Shown here: in pieces, positions 36,854 through 48,500 of the stretch
Position numbering within the stretch: position 1 is the first letter of the stretch
Layout: each line of letters opens with the position of its first letter
DNA from: a virus
DNA: 64,000 nucleotides
IMG/VR virus record: IMGVR_UViG_3300027777_000002
Location: 2,559 to 66,558 of that record
Direction: 5' to 3' (one strand)
Program-made: the position numbers and the translations under genes
The notes under the pieces: generated by a model
Seen by the model: the letters and a program-made list of their open reading frames with translations, nothing else
Databases searched by the model: none
What the model was told of the DNA's origin: nothing

Positions 36854-37255
36854 ATGTTTGGCGTAGACGATATTATTAATGTAGGAATGAAAATCCTAGA
36901 CAAAGTTATTCCAGATCCAGCCGCAAAAGCTGAAGCACAAGCAAAACTATTAGAAATACAACAGCAAGGCCGATTAGCAGAGTTACAGGCAGACACAGCA
37001 GAAACTCAAGAGCTGACCAAGCGACAAGAAGCAGATATGTCGTCAGATAGTTGGCTATCGAAAAATATTCGTCCATTAACATTAATTGCTATTTTAGTCG
37101 GTTATTTTGTGTTTGCTATGATGTCGGCGTTTGACCTAAATACTAACAAAACTTACGTAGAACTGCTAGGTCAATGGGGTATGCTTATTATGTCATTTTA
37201 TTTTGGCGGACGCACTCTTGAAAAAATTATGGATATGAAAGCTAAAAAAGAATGA
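36854..37255 (+). CDS. holin (3TM/GTA-type)
   Basis: ILDKVIPDP...SWLSKNIRP...FYFGGRTLEK; start reassigned to MFGVDD. Confidence 0.8.
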   Translation: MFGVDDIINVGMKILDKVIPDPAAKAEAQAKLLEIQQQGRLAELQADTAETQELTKRQEADMSSDSWLSKNIRPLTLIAILVGYFVFAMMSAFDLNTNKTYVELLGQWGMLIMSFYFGGRTLEKIMDMKAKKE

Positions 37256-37848
37256 GTCTGAGTAACGCACTACAAACATTAGGTATTGACCCAAAATGGG
37301 AAGCGCCTTTGCAGGCTGCCTTTGATAAATATGACATCAACACACCAAAGCGTCAAGCAGCGTTTATTGGTCAGTGCGCTCATGAATCTGGTAATTTTAA
37401 GACTCTTGAAGAAAACCTCCATTACAAAGCCGAGTCTTTAATGAAAGTTTGGCCTAGTCGATTTACAGATACACTGGTTGCCAATGCCTACGCCAATAAC
37501 CCAGAAAAGATTGCTAACAAAGTTTATGGTGGGCGCATGGGTAACGGTACGGAAGAAACAGGCGATGGTTGGAAATATCACGGTAGAGGGTTAATTCAGT
37601 TGACTGGGCGTGAAAACTATGAGCGATGTGGAAGTGCAATTGGCGTTGACCTTATTGGGCAACCTAATCTTTTGGTTGAGCCTACTTATGCCGCTATGTC
37701 TGCGGGGTGGTTCTGGAACAAAAAAGGATTAAATGAGTTAGCCGACCAACAAGAACACGGGCAAATTACTAAACGAATTAATGGCGGAACCCTAGGTCTA
37801 GATGATAGAATTGCTAAAACAACCAAAGCAGCGCAAGCATTAGGGTAA
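37252..37848 (+). CDS. endolysin, glycoside hydrolase family 19
   Basis: AAFIGQCAHES, ENLHY, GRGLIQLTGRENY, ITKRINGG. Confidence 0.92.
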   Translation: MSLSNALQTLGIDPKWEAPLQAAFDKYDINTPKRQAAFIGQCAHESGNFKTLEENLHYKAESLMKVWPSRFTDTLVANAYANNPEKIANKVYGGRMGNGTEETGDGWKYHGRGLIQLTGRENYERCGSAIGVDLIGQPNLLVEPTYAAMSAGWFWNKKGLNELADQQEHGQITKRINGGTLGLDDRIAKTTKAAQALG

Positions 37849-37851
37849 ACC

Positions 37852-40476
37852 ATGCCATTACAGAAAATACAATTTCGCCCCGGTTTAAACCGTGAAGGTA
37901 CTGATTACTCAAACGAGGGTGGTTGGTATGATGGGGATAAAATTCGTTTTCGTTCTGGTTTTCCTGAAAAACTCGGTGGTTGGATTCGGTTTGCTAGCAC
38001 CACATTTTTAGGTGTTTGCCGTTCTTTATGGAACTGGGTTGACTTATCTGGCAACAACTACATGGGTGTTGGCACGAGTGTTAAATACTATATTGCCAAA
38101 GGCGGCGTTTATAACGACGTTACCCCACTGCTTGTAAACGGTAGCGGCAGCACAACCACTACTTTAGGGGCTAGCCCGTTATCTACACAAAGCGGCTCTT
38201 CAACAGTAACGGTGACAGACACGGTTAGCGGAATTTCTACGAACATTGGGGATTATGTAATTTTAACTAGCACTGCTACAGTTGGTGGGTTAACCATTTC
38301 TGGCGAATACACAGTTACTAAAGTTATTAGTAGCGTACAGTTTGAAATTACTGCTAGCGGTACCGCTTCTTCTACTACTACAGGCGGGGGCACAGTAACA
38401 ATCCAGTATGAATACCCAATAGGTAATGACGTATACACTACAAGTAACGGCTGGGGCGCAGGCGCATGGTCGCCAACAAGCACCGTTGCATTAGGCACAA
38501 ACCCCTTTACTGTTTCTGGGGGAAGTACTACAGTTACGGTAACTCAAAATGCTCATGGATATTTAACTACTGCTGGCGCTTTTACTGTTGGTCAACAATA
38601 CAAAATTGTTTCTGTAGGGTCCACTAGCTTTACGTCTATTGGCGCTTCTGCTAATACGGTTGGGACAATATTTACTGCAACTGGAGCGGGTACTGGTTCT
38701 GGCACGGCTTCTATTGTTTGGGTGTCTTTTGCCGGTGCTATAGATGTGACAGCCGTACCAACTGTTTATGGTTTTTCTACAGGCACTTATGGATTGCGTA
38801 CAGGCACTTATGGGCTTTCTGGACATAGTACTGTAACACCTGTACCAGCTACTCTTTTAAATAGCACTTTTGAAATTACTTATGTAGATGCCAATACTTA
38901 CACAATTACTATCGCTGCTGCTGCCCCTTATGGCGGTGTTGGTGGTGGCTCTAATGTTGTTGTGTACCCTCAATACGGCATACGTCCTTGGGGTTCTGCT
39001 GCTACTGTAGGCATTGGCTCGCAATTACGCTTATGGTCTAACGACAACTACGGTCAAAACTTATTAATTGCCCCTCGTGGTGGCCCTATATATTATTGGC
39101 TAGCCTCTTCTGGAGTAACTACAAGGGCGCAACTTTTAGCTACCTTAGCGTCTTCAGCATATGTTCCAACGGCAACTTACCAAGTAGTTTCTTCGGCTAT
39201 TCAGCGGTTTGTTATTGCTATGGGGGCTAATCCATATACTTCTGGAACCCCAAATACTACTTTTAATCCAATGCTGGTACGCTGGTCAGATCAAAATAAT
39301 GAGTACCAATGGGTTCCGGATGTTACAAACCAGTCAGGCGAGTTTGCATTAACTAACGGTTCTTACATTATGGGCGCACGGGCTACACGCCAAGAGATTT
39401 TAGTATGGACTGATTCCGCTATTTATTCTATGCAGTATTTAGGCGCTCCGTATGTTTGGGGCTTTCAAGTATTAATGGATAACATTTCTATTATTTCACC
39501 TAACTGCATGGTTACTGTTAATAACGTAACCTACTGGATGGGTACAGAAAAGTTCTACCAATATTCTGGTAGGGTTGAGACATTGCCATGCTCGCTGCGT
39601 CAATACATTTTTGATGACATTAATCAGAACCAAGCATACCAAGTATTTGCCGGCGCTAACGAAGGGTACAACGAAGTCTGGTGGTATTATGTTAGCAACT
39701 CAAGCCAAAGTACTGCGGTTGATAAATACGTGATTTATAATTATTTAGACCGTGTTTGGTATTATGGTACGTTATCTCGTACGGCTTGGTTGCAAACTGG
39801 AATTCAACAGTACCCAGTAGCGGCATCTTACACCCCCAGCGCTACATTTACAGCATCTATTAGCGGAACAACGTTAACTGTTAGCAACGTAACTTCTGGC
39901 ACTATTACTTTAGATACTACTATTGTTGGGTCTGGGGTTTCTGCGGGTACCCAAATTACAAATTACATAACGGGTACAGGCGGTACTGGCACATATGAAC
40001 TAAACGTAAACCAAACGGTATCTTCTACTAGTATGTCTATTACTGGTGGTACTGGGCAGCTTTTATATCACGAGAATGGCGTAGATGATGTATCCGGTTT
40101 AACACCTAGAGCTATTAGTTCTTATGTTCAATCTTCTGATTTTGATATTGGGGATGGACATAATTTTGGATTTGTGTGGCGAATTCTTCCTGACGTTAAC
40201 TTTAACGGTTCTACTGTTAACCAGCCGTCTGTAACAATGACTATAAGACCAAGACAAAACTCGGGTACTCCCTATGGCACTGCGGATAATCCTACAGTTC
40301 AAAGCCAAAATAATTATGCGACTAGAAGTGTGTACAATGTTCAAGAATTTGATGGGCAGGTATACACAAGATTAAGAGGTAGGCAAATGGCGTTTAGACT
40401 TGAGTCTAATACATTGGGTGTTGCTTGGCAGTTAGGTAGCCCACGTATGGACATTAGACCGGATGGTAGAAGATGA
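37852..40476 (+). CDS. tail tubular B / stabilization-like protein with inserted modules
   Basis: 874 aa; [26 protein letters not shown] motifs; ends RPDGRR. Confidence 0.7.
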   Translation: MPLQKIQFRPGLNREGTDYSNEGGWYDGDKIRFRSGFPEKLGGWIRFASTTFLGVCRSLWNWVDLSGNNYMGVGTSVKYYIAKGGVYNDVTPLLVNGSGSTTTTLGASPLSTQSGSSTVTVTDTVSGISTNIGDYVILTSTATVGGLTISGEYTVTKVISSVQFEITASGTASSTTTGGGTVTIQYEYPIGNDVYTTSNGWGAGAWSPTSTVALGTNPFTVSGGSTTVTVTQNAHGYLTTAGAFTVGQQYKIVSVGSTSFTSIGASANTVGTIFTATGAGTGSGTASIVWVSFAGAIDVTAVPTVYGFSTGTYGLRTGTYGLSGHSTVTPVPATLLNSTFEITYVDANTYTITIAAAAPYGGVGGGSNVVVYPQYGIRPWGSAATVGIGSQLRLWSNDNYGQNLLIAPRGGPIYYWLASSGVTTRAQLLATLASSAYVPTATYQVVSSAIQRFVIAMGANPYTSGTPNTTFNPMLVRWSDQNNEYQWVPDVTNQSGEFALTNGSYIMGARATRQEILVWTDSAIYSMQYLGAPYVWGFQVLMDNISIISPNCMVTVNNVTYWMGTEKFYQYSGRVETLPCSLRQYIFDDINQNQAYQVFAGANEGYNEVWWYYVSNSSQSTAVDKYVIYNYLDRVWYYGTLSRTAWLQTGIQQYPVAASYTPSATFTASISGTTLTVSNVTSGTITLDTTIVGSGVSAGTQITNYITGTGGTGTYELNVNQTVSSTSMSITGGTGQLLYHENGVDDVSGLTPRAISSYVQSSDFDIGDGHNFGFVWRILPDVNFNGSTVNQPSVTMTIRPRQNSGTPYGTADNPTVQSQNNYATRSVYNVQEFDGQVYTRLRGRQMAFRLESNTLGVAWQLGSPRMDIRPDGRR

Positions 40477-40769
40477 CATATAACGCTAGAATTCGCCCTT
40501 CAAAAGCTCCTAACCTGCCTATTGCGCCGGTTGAATATGCACAGATGTATCAAGACCAGTTAAATAACGCGCTTCGTTTGTATTTTAATCAGATAGATAA
40601 CCTTACCCAAGCCGTTACAACGCCTGCATCGGGTACTACAGCAGAAAGACCAACAAATACATTAGCAGCGCCGCTGGTTATTGGGCAGATTTATTACGAT
40701 ACAACCCTTGGAATTCCTATTTGGTGGAACGGTACTGTGTGGAAAAACGCTAGCGGCACGACGGTTTAG
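40473..40769 (+). CDS. small virion protein
   Basis: APNLP...LRLYF; GTTAERP...[12 protein letters not shown]. Confidence 0.7.
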   Translation: MTYNARIRPSKAPNLPIAPVEYAQMYQDQLNNALRLYFNQIDNLTQAVTTPASGTTAERPTNTLAAPLVIGQIYYDTTLGIPIWWNGTVWKNASGTTV

Positions 40770-40771
40770 CA

Positions 40772-40780
40772 TGGTAAAAT
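40772..40780 (+). promoter_or_regulatory. extended -10 promoter before the internal virion genes
   Basis: TGGTAAAAT in a 34-bp gap. Confidence 0.5.
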
Positions 40781-40803
40781 TAGCAAAAAGTAAAGGATAG
40801 ATT

Positions 40804-41913
40804 ATGTCTGGTGGATTTGGTGGTGGTGGAGGAGGCGGAGGCCTTTTTAGTGATCCTCTAATGCTAGCTCTAGTAGCTGGTACGGCTATTGCCGCGCCTT
40901 ACGCAGCCCCTTTATTGTTTGGTGAAGGCGCAGCTTTAGGCGGATTAGGTTTAGCTGGAGATGGCATGTTGGCTACCGGTTTAACGGGTGCTGGTATTGG
41001 CGCTTTAGGTGGCGCTGTAGCAGGTCGAGACCCTATTCAAACAGGTCTTATGGGCGGTTTAAGCGGCGCAGCTGCTGCTGGTCTGGGTGTTGGTGCTGGT
41101 GCTGGTGGTCCTCAACTTGTTGATGCTGTATCTGGACCGCTTAGTGGGGTTGGAGCTAGTGCTGGTGCTGGCGCATCTCTTATTCCCGGCATTTCAAATA
41201 CCGCTCTTGGTATAGGTGCTGGTGGTTTGGGTTTAATGAGTTTAATGAACCAAGATAAAAAACAATACGGCGTGCCGTCAAACGACCAAGTTAATTGGAA
41301 TGGCGGTTCTTTATCTAAATTCCGTTATAGCCCAGATAGGTATAATCCAGATACAGTAACACCGCCTAACCCACATTATCAACCGCAATATATAGACCGT
41401 AGAAACCCGCCTGATACAGTAACGCCTATGACTCCTTACCAGCCCGTTATGATGGCTGCTGGCGGTGGTTTAATGCAGTCTGGGGGTATGTATCCCGGTA
41501 GCCAAATTGATAAAACGCAATATGCGACATCCCCACAAACCCCAATGAGTATGCAAGCTACTATGGCTGGGTATGACCCAATGACTAACCCAATAACGGG
41601 CGAACTTACTACCCATATGGCTAGCGGTGGTCTAGCTGATTTAGGCGGTTATTCTGATGGTGGACGTATGCTTAAAGGTCCGGGTGACGGCATGAGCGAT
41701 TCTATTCCAGCGACTATTGGTAGAAAACAACCTGCCCGGCTTGCAGATAATGAATTTGTTGTACCGGCTGATGTGGTAAGCCATTTAGGAAACGGTTCTA
41801 GTGACGCTGGTGCTAAGAAGTTGTACTCTATGATGAATAATGTACGTAAAGCTCGTACAGGCAAAAAGAAACAAGCGCCACAAATTAACGCATTTAAATA
41901 CATGCCAGCATGA
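40804..41913 (+). CDS. internal virion/ejection protein
   Basis: G/A-rich hydrophobic N-half; GPGDGMSDSIPA...LADNEFVVPADVV domain. Confidence 0.65.
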   Translation: MSGGFGGGGGGGGLFSDPLMLALVAGTAIAAPYAAPLLFGEGAALGGLGLAGDGMLATGLTGAGIGALGGAVAGRDPIQTGLMGGLSGAAAAGLGVGAGAGGPQLVDAVSGPLSGVGASAGAGASLIPGISNTALGIGAGGLGLMSLMNQDKKQYGVPSNDQVNWNGGSLSKFRYSPDRYNPDTVTPPNPHYQPQYIDRRNPPDTVTPMTPYQPVMMAAGGGLMQSGGMYPGSQIDKTQYATSPQTPMSMQATMAGYDPMTNPITGELTTHMASGGLADLGGYSDGGRMLKGPGDGMSDSIPATIGRKQPARLADNEFVVPADVVSHLGNGSSDAGAKKLYSMMNNVRKARTGKKKQAPQINAFKYMPA

Positions 41914-42323
41914 GTTTGGTAATTAGACATGTTCCAGTTCAATACGTTAATCAAGCTTGGCCTTTGGTTGAGAAATATATTAGCGAAGCGCAGCAGTATT
42001 GCGGAGATGATTACACGTTGGAACAAGTTAAAGTCTACGTGTCATCAGGGCAGTGGCTTTTGGTTGTAGCAGTAGATGATGAGGGTGCAATACACGGAGC
42101 AGCAACAGTAACATTTTCAAATTACCCAAATGATAGAGTCGCTTTTGTAACATTTATTGGCGGCAAGTTAATATCAAATAAAGATACGTTTGGGCAATTT
42201 AAAGATTTACTTAAGGCTAACGGAGCTACTAAAATACAGGGTGCAGCTAGAGAAGCAATTGCCCGTTTGTGGAGTCGTTATGGGTTTGAAGAGCGGTACA
42301 GAATTGTAGAGACTAAAATATGA
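41910..42323 (+). CDS. GNAT-like virion morphogenesis protein (inferred)
   Basis: Size and position among ejection genes; ARLWSRYGF C-terminus. Confidence 0.45.
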   Translation: MSLVIRHVPVQYVNQAWPLVEKYISEAQQYCGDDYTLEQVKVYVSSGQWLLVVAVDDEGAIHGAATVTFSNYPNDRVAFVTFIGGKLISNKDTFGQFKDLLKANGATKIQGAAREAIARLWSRYGFEERYRIVETKI

Positions 42324-43384
42324 GATACACACTAGATTCAATGTTGCCTGAACAGGCTTTTAAACCACGCATGGGCCGTGGTTTTGGCGCTGGTGGTATG
42401 ACTCTTGAAGGCGGCGGTGGTGGTACTCCTCCCCCTCCTCCCCCTGCGGCACCTACTCAAACTACTGTACAGAATACAAACATCCCTGAATACTTGCGTC
42501 CTTATGCAGAAACAATGCTTGGCGCTACTCAGCAACAGTTGTTTAATACCCAGCAAAACGAAGACGGCACAACCCAGATTACTGGCGTTAAACCTTATGT
42601 ACCATACAGCGAAAATCCGCAAGACTACATAGCTAAATTTAGCCCACTGCAAGAACAGGCAATGAATACTGCGGCTAATTTGCAGACCCCACAACAATAC
42701 CAAGATGCGTCTCAGATGGCTGCTGCTAGCGGTATGGGTGCGTTACAAGCTGGTCGTAACTATGCTATGCAGGCTACAGACCCACGCATTAGTCAAGCGT
42801 ACATGAACCCGTATTTACAGGCGTCATTAAACCCACAACTTGCAGAAATTCAAAGACAGTACGATATTACTGGCACGCAACAAATGGGTAACGCTACTAA
42901 ATCTGGCGCTTTTGGTGGATCTCGTGAAGCTTTGATGGCTTCTGAAAATCAGCGTAATAAAAACATGGCTATGAACCAAGCAATTGGTCAAGGGTACAAC
43001 AATGCGTTTCAACAAGCACAACAGGCGCAACAGTTTGGGGCTAATTTAGGTTTGCAAGGTTTAGGCCAAGGAGCTAGCGCCGCCAATCAACTAGCTGGTA
43101 TTGGCGGTCAACAACTGGCTGCTCAACAAGGTATTGCGCAATCTCAAATGCAAGCCGGTACTGCTGAACAACAGCAACAACAAAACATGATTAACCAAGC
43201 AATCCAAAACTATGCTACAGCGCAACAATATCCGCAACAACAGCTGTCATTTATGAACGCAATGCTGCGTGGATTGCCAACTCAGTCTACAACAACACAA
43301 AACTATCAAGCCGCTCCAAGTACGCTAAATCAAATGACAGGTTTAGGTATTGCTGGTTTGGGTGCATACAAAGCGTTTAGTTAA
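42320..43384 (+). CDS. internal virion/ejection protein
   Basis: Q/A/G-rich; YMNPY and GAFGGSR motifs. Confidence 0.7.
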   Translation: MRYTLDSMLPEQAFKPRMGRGFGAGGMTLEGGGGGTPPPPPPAAPTQTTVQNTNIPEYLRPYAETMLGATQQQLFNTQQNEDGTTQITGVKPYVPYSENPQDYIAKFSPLQEQAMNTAANLQTPQQYQDASQMAAASGMGALQAGRNYAMQATDPRISQAYMNPYLQASLNPQLAEIQRQYDITGTQQMGNATKSGAFGGSREALMASENQRNKNMAMNQAIGQGYNNAFQQAQQAQQFGANLGLQGLGQGASAANQLAGIGGQQLAAQQGIAQSQMQAGTAEQQQQQNMINQAIQNYATAQQYPQQQLSFMNAMLRGLPTQSTTTQNYQAAPSTLNQMTGLGIAGLGAYKAFS

Positions 43385-43393
43385 GGACTAATT

Positions 43394-45547
43394 ATGGGAA
43401 TGAATCTAGAACAGATGTACAAACTGGCGCTGAATCCAAAGATTTACCCAGATGACAGATTGTTAAGAATTATGCAAGGGCAAGATAACTCTTTGCCTAT
43501 GGCTGTTGCTATGTCCGCTAAACAAATGCGGGATAAACAAGCTACTGCACTCAAAGGAGCGCAAGCTAAAGCCAAAGGCGCTCAGCCTAGCGTAAGAGAT
43601 AGAATGGTTGCTCAAGCGCAGCCACAAATGGCTGGTTTAGATCAGTTGCCTGCTCCTACAATGGAAGGCATGGGCGAACCTGCTATGGGCGCTGGCGGCG
43701 GTTTGGTGTCTTTTGCTACAGGCGGTTTTAACGTTTTTGATGAAGATGACGAAGACGCTGAAGATGATGATTTTGCTGAATTAGAAGCTATGTCTGCACG
43801 TTATGGCGACTTGGGTGGTTTAGGCGCTGGCATTATGGCTGTAGCGAACCCTAAAGCAGCTAAATATAGTTCAATAACTAAACCTGCTGCAGCCAGTATT
43901 ATTTCTGCCTCTAAAACAATCTCCGGAGATAACAAAGGCATTTCAAATATTCTTTCAAGCGCTGCAGAAAAACATAGCCTACCTACAGATTTGTTGGCTC
44001 GTATAGCGCATTCTGAAAGCGGCGGTAAAACAGACGCTAAAAACCCACACAGTACTGCTAAAGGACTTTTTCAATTTACAGACAGAACTTGGAAAGGCAT
44101 GGGCGGTAAAGAGGGCGAGCAGTTTGACCCTGTAAAAAATGCCGACTTAGGTGCGGCGTATTTGCGTCAAAACGCAGAAGGACTTAAAAAATCTCTTGGA
44201 CGTGACCCAACATACGGCGAAGTATACGGTGCGCATCATTTTGGTTTGGCGGGAATTAAAAGTATGTTAAATAAAAAACATGATACGCCTATTGACCGTG
44301 TTGTATCTCGCCAAGTAATAGCAAGTAACCCATATTTAAAAGGTAAAACTGTTGGCGACACTTTATCGTTTCTTAATTCTAAAGCCGGTACGGGTGTTGT
44401 TTCTTTGGCGCACGGCGGCATTGTAGGTTTAACTGGCGGTGGAACACCCGCAACAGAAGCGCTATTAAATGCTGAATATGGGTACCCAAATCAAGCAGAA
44501 AGACTTTTAGAAGAAGAGTACGGGCCAAAAGATAAAAAAATTAAAAGTCCTAAAGCACCTAACAGAACAATGAGCAGAGAAGCTGCCGATTTTTTACAAA
44601 AACAAGCAGCTAAAAAAGCGCCTATTCCAGCCGCACCTTCTGCACCAACATCTACAATACCAAACGCCCCTAATATGCCGGGTGGCGTTAGAGGTTTTTT
44701 ACAGAAACAGGCTGCTACTCTTGGTATACCCGGATTGATTTATGAAGGTGGAAAAAATTTAGGTGAAGGTACTATGAGTACTATGGCTGGCAACCCGTAT
44801 TTTGAAAATTTTAGTGATCCAATGAACGGTGATTTTGCTGTAGGCAATCAAATACTTCGGCAAAACCCCGAAGCTTTAGCAAAAGCAAGAGAAGAAGTAT
44901 CCGCAGTTAAACCAACAGCTAAAGCGCCTGCAACAAACGACACACAAACTAACGCCGTACCTGCAGACATTCAAAAAATACTAGGTACAAAAACTGAAGA
45001 CTCTACCCCTACAGCTAACCCATTTGCGGCTTCTCAAACAACTCTTGATAAGTATTTAGCTGGTTTAGCGCAACAACGTAAAGAAGATAGAGGTATTGGT
45101 ATGATATTGAGCGGTTTAACTACTGCCGGTTCAGCAGGACCATTAAGTTCCGCAATTTCAAAAGGCGCTCAAACAGGCTTAGGTTATTATGGCGATGCGC
45201 AAAAAGGATACAACACCGCTATGGCTCAAGGCTTAGGAGCGCAACTTGCACTAGACAAAAACCAAATATTAGATAAATACTATGGCTCTAAAGTAGGAGA
45301 AGGAAGCGACGCTAAATATTCTTTGCAGTTACAAAACATTCACAACACAATACAAAAAGAACTCGACAAACGAATGTTACCCGCAAATCAAATTGATGCG
45401 TATAGACAAAAACGTTTCCTTGAAATAATAAAAAGTAACCCAAAACTGGTACAATGGTTCAGTGACCAAGGCGGAGATTTAACTGCGCCTAGTTTACAAG
45501 TAGATACCGTCCCCGGAAATGTAATTGGGGCAATTAAACCAAAGTAA
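43394..45547 (+). CDS. internal virion protein with lytic transglycosylase (SLT) domain
   Basis: AAEKHSLP..LLARIAHSES...AKGLFQF...YGAHHFG at about 43950-44400. Confidence 0.8.
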   Translation: MGMNLEQMYKLALNPKIYPDDRLLRIMQGQDNSLPMAVAMSAKQMRDKQATALKGAQAKAKGAQPSVRDRMVAQAQPQMAGLDQLPAPTMEGMGEPAMGAGGGLVSFATGGFNVFDEDDEDAEDDDFAELEAMSARYGDLGGLGAGIMAVANPKAAKYSSITKPAAASIISASKTISGDNKGISNILSSAAEKHSLPTDLLARIAHSESGGKTDAKNPHSTAKGLFQFTDRTWKGMGGKEGEQFDPVKNADLGAAYLRQNAEGLKKSLGRDPTYGEVYGAHHFGLAGIKSMLNKKHDTPIDRVVSRQVIASNPYLKGKTVGDTLSFLNSKAGTGVVSLAHGGIVGLTGGGTPATEALLNAEYGYPNQAERLLEEEYGPKDKKIKSPKAPNRTMSREAADFLQKQAAKKAPIPAAPSAPTSTIPNAPNMPGGVRGFLQKQAATLGIPGLIYEGGKNLGEGTMSTMAGNPYFENFSDPMNGDFAVGNQILRQNPEALAKAREEVSAVKPTAKAPATNDTQTNAVPADIQKILGTKTEDSTPTANPFAASQTTLDKYLAGLAQQRKEDRGIGMILSGLTTAGSAGPLSSAISKGAQTGLGYYGDAQKGYNTAMAQGLGAQLALDKNQILDKYYGSKVGEGSDAKYSLQLQNIHNTIQKELDKRMLPANQIDAYRQKRFLEIIKSNPKLVQWFSDQGGDLTAPSLQVDTVPGNVIGAIKPK

Positions 45548-45573
45548 TACCTGCAAACTGCTAGGAAAAATTT

Positions 45574-48500
45574 ATGCCGTATTTACCATTACCCAATGGG
45601 TCTTATGTTGAAGTGCCAAAAGGTTTATCTGATGAAGAGGCGCTTAAGTTAGCAAAAGAACAATTCCCTGAGGGTTTTGAAGATTACGCTAAGCATAAAG
45701 AAAAAACTGGCTTTTTTCCAGCACTTACTTCCGGTTTTAAAACTGGCGCTGGCTCTTATGCACAGGGCATAGGCAATACAGCAAATCTTGAAGGCGTAAA
45801 CAAATACGGCACAGAATTAAAAAAAGCCGGTGAAGAAGGTTTTCAAAGTACTACTGACCAAGATATAGAGATTGCCAAACGTCAAGGCATTACATCTTTA
45901 CTTGGTACCGGACTTAGCAAATATATTACAGAACCTGTTGGCGGAATGCTTGGTAGTCTTGCCGGTCGTTACGGTGCTCCTATTGCTGCTAACACTGTTG
46001 GGCGTGTTGCCGGTCCTGTAGTAGGCGCTGCAGCTTTTGCTGCTACAAACTTCCCTGCATATTTAGGTGAATTTGTTCAAGCACAAAAAGAGAAAGGTCA
46101 AGAAGCTGACTTTGGTAAAGCATTAGTACCCGCATTAGTTTCTACCGTTGTTGATTCTTTAGGTAACGAAATTGTTGGCGGAGCTATGAAAGGCTTTGCT
46201 TTAAGAACGGCAACTCAAGAAGCTAAACTACTAGCACCTAAAGTATTAAGCGGTGAACTTGGGGCACAAGAAGCTGCCGCACAAATTTCTGGCAAACTAT
46301 CTAACGTATTAAAAGGCACGGTTGAAGCGGCTGGTGCTGGTGCTGCGTCTGGTATAGCCAATGAAGCGGGTCGTTTATATTCTATTGGCAAAGATATATT
46401 TAGCCCTGAAGCTTATGAACAATATATTCAAGCCGCTAAAGATATGGGTATGGTTGCTCCGTTTTTTGGTTTGCTTCGTATGGGCGAGCCACGCAGAGCT
46501 AAAAAACTTATTGATGAAGCCGGTAAAAAAGTAGAGAGCGAAAAGCTGGCTACAGAAAAAGCTGCCGCTGAAGCAGAACAAAAAGCCTACCGTGAAAGCC
46601 CGGAAGGTATAGCGGAAATGGCGCAGCAACGCACCACGTTAGAACAACAAATTGCCGATCTTAAAGCTGTACTCAAAGATAAAACTTTACCTGATGAAGA
46701 GCGCCTTTTGGGTAAAGAACAAATAGGTGATCTGTATAAGCAGCTAAACGAACTTAAAAAACAAACTGGCGAAGTTGAAGAAAAACCTAGTACGCTTGAA
46801 GGCCGTTTAGAAGAACTACGGTTAAAGCGTGAGCAAGAAGCTATAGCCGCACAACAACAAGAACAGATAATTAAGCAAAAAGAAATTGATGACGCAGCCA
46901 AAGCTGAAGAATTAAAACAAGGCGCTGAAGTTATTAAACAGAATCCCGATTTAGCCCAAGCTGCTCATGCGGAACTATATAAACAAGTTGACGATCTTGA
47001 AACTCGTCTGCGTGACGCTGCCGAAAACGGGGACGTTGAAAAAGTAAAAAAAATTGGTGAAGAATACGACACAAAATTAGCCGCCTTACAAAGATTGCAA
47101 GCGCACGGTAAAGAAGCCGGTATTAGTTTTGAGCCGTTAGAAAAACAATTGGCTGCTGCTAAAAGACAGCTAGCAAACGTAACTAAAAAACTGGCTGATG
47201 ACAAAGTATTAGAACCCGGTAAACGTGAAGAAATGGCTGCCGCAGTTGATGCTGCTAAAGCTAGAGTAACGGCTTTACAAGGGTACATTAATGATTTAAA
47301 CCGCCGTGATGTGTTGCGTGGCGAAGAAAAAGCTGAACTCCCTAACCCTAAAGACTATCGTGATATTCCCGAAGAGGAGCGCATAGCTAGATTAGTTGGT
47401 ATTAAAAGCGATAACATCAAATATCGTCAAATGCTTGATACAGACACTTTAACTAAAGTTGCAGATGATTTAGATAAAAATAAATTAAACAAAGAATCAG
47501 CAAACGCATTAGGTTTACCGGCTGGGCAAACTGCTTGGTATTTTGATAAGGGGCCAACCAAAAAAGTAGATACGCTACGTAACCACGTAGCAGAAGCACT
47601 TGCAACGATTGAAGAAGATGCAGCGTTTGCCAAAGCGCACAACTTGCAGATAGAACCGGATGCTCGTGTTGGTGTATTAACAAACTTGTATGAAAAATTA
47701 AACGCTATAAAGCCGGCAGAAGGAGAAAAAGCCCCGACTTCAGCGGTTAGTTTATTGCGTTCTGCTAGAGGAGAACAACCGTACCTACAATACGTTGCTA
47801 AAAAAGCGGCGGCTAAACGTTTAAAACTAGAGGAGCCTAAACTAAAAGAAGGCTACCGTCCAGAACATTTAGAACGTATTCGCAAAGAAATTGCGGATAT
47901 TGAAAACACATTAAAAATTGATGAAGATCAAGCTAAAAAAGCTAAGAAAAAAAACAAAAAAGCCGGTAAGTTTGCAGTAGAGATTGTTCAATATAAACAA
48001 CTTACTAAAGATGAAAAAGCGCGTATGCTGCGCCGCAAAGCACGTCTTGAACAAGATTTAGAAGATGCGCAAATGCAGGGTGAGTGGAAAGCTACAGAAT
48101 CCTTAAAAATTCAAGCTGCGTTAGAAGATGTAAATTTAAAAATTGAAGACGCTAAAAACAACCCAAAAACAAAAATAACAAAGAACGGGGTAGCCAACCT
48201 ACTTAACCTTAAAAAGCGTTTAGAACTTGATTTAGCTAAAGCGCAACAAGGTGAGTTTGGACAGTTAGCTGGGGCGCCTACGCCTAAAGGTACGGTAGCG
48301 GGTGAGCAGGCTGTGCCTGCTAAACGTCAAGAAACTGCCATTTCTGAAATTATTGACAATATTGATTCGTTGCGTAAAGGCGAGTTTTTTGGTGGTACCG
48401 CTGGTAAAGAAGGCCTTTTAGAAAGCAGATCTCGTGAAGTTATTTTGCGTTCTATTCGTAATGAAATTGACACGTACGCTGCTGGCGCTATTACGGAAAT

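Noticed and set aside
38761-38820. 21-bp tandem repeat (TGTYGL twice) as a DGR or phase-variation locus
   Set aside because: It is a short in-frame duplication; there is no reverse transcriptase or TR/VR pair in the window.
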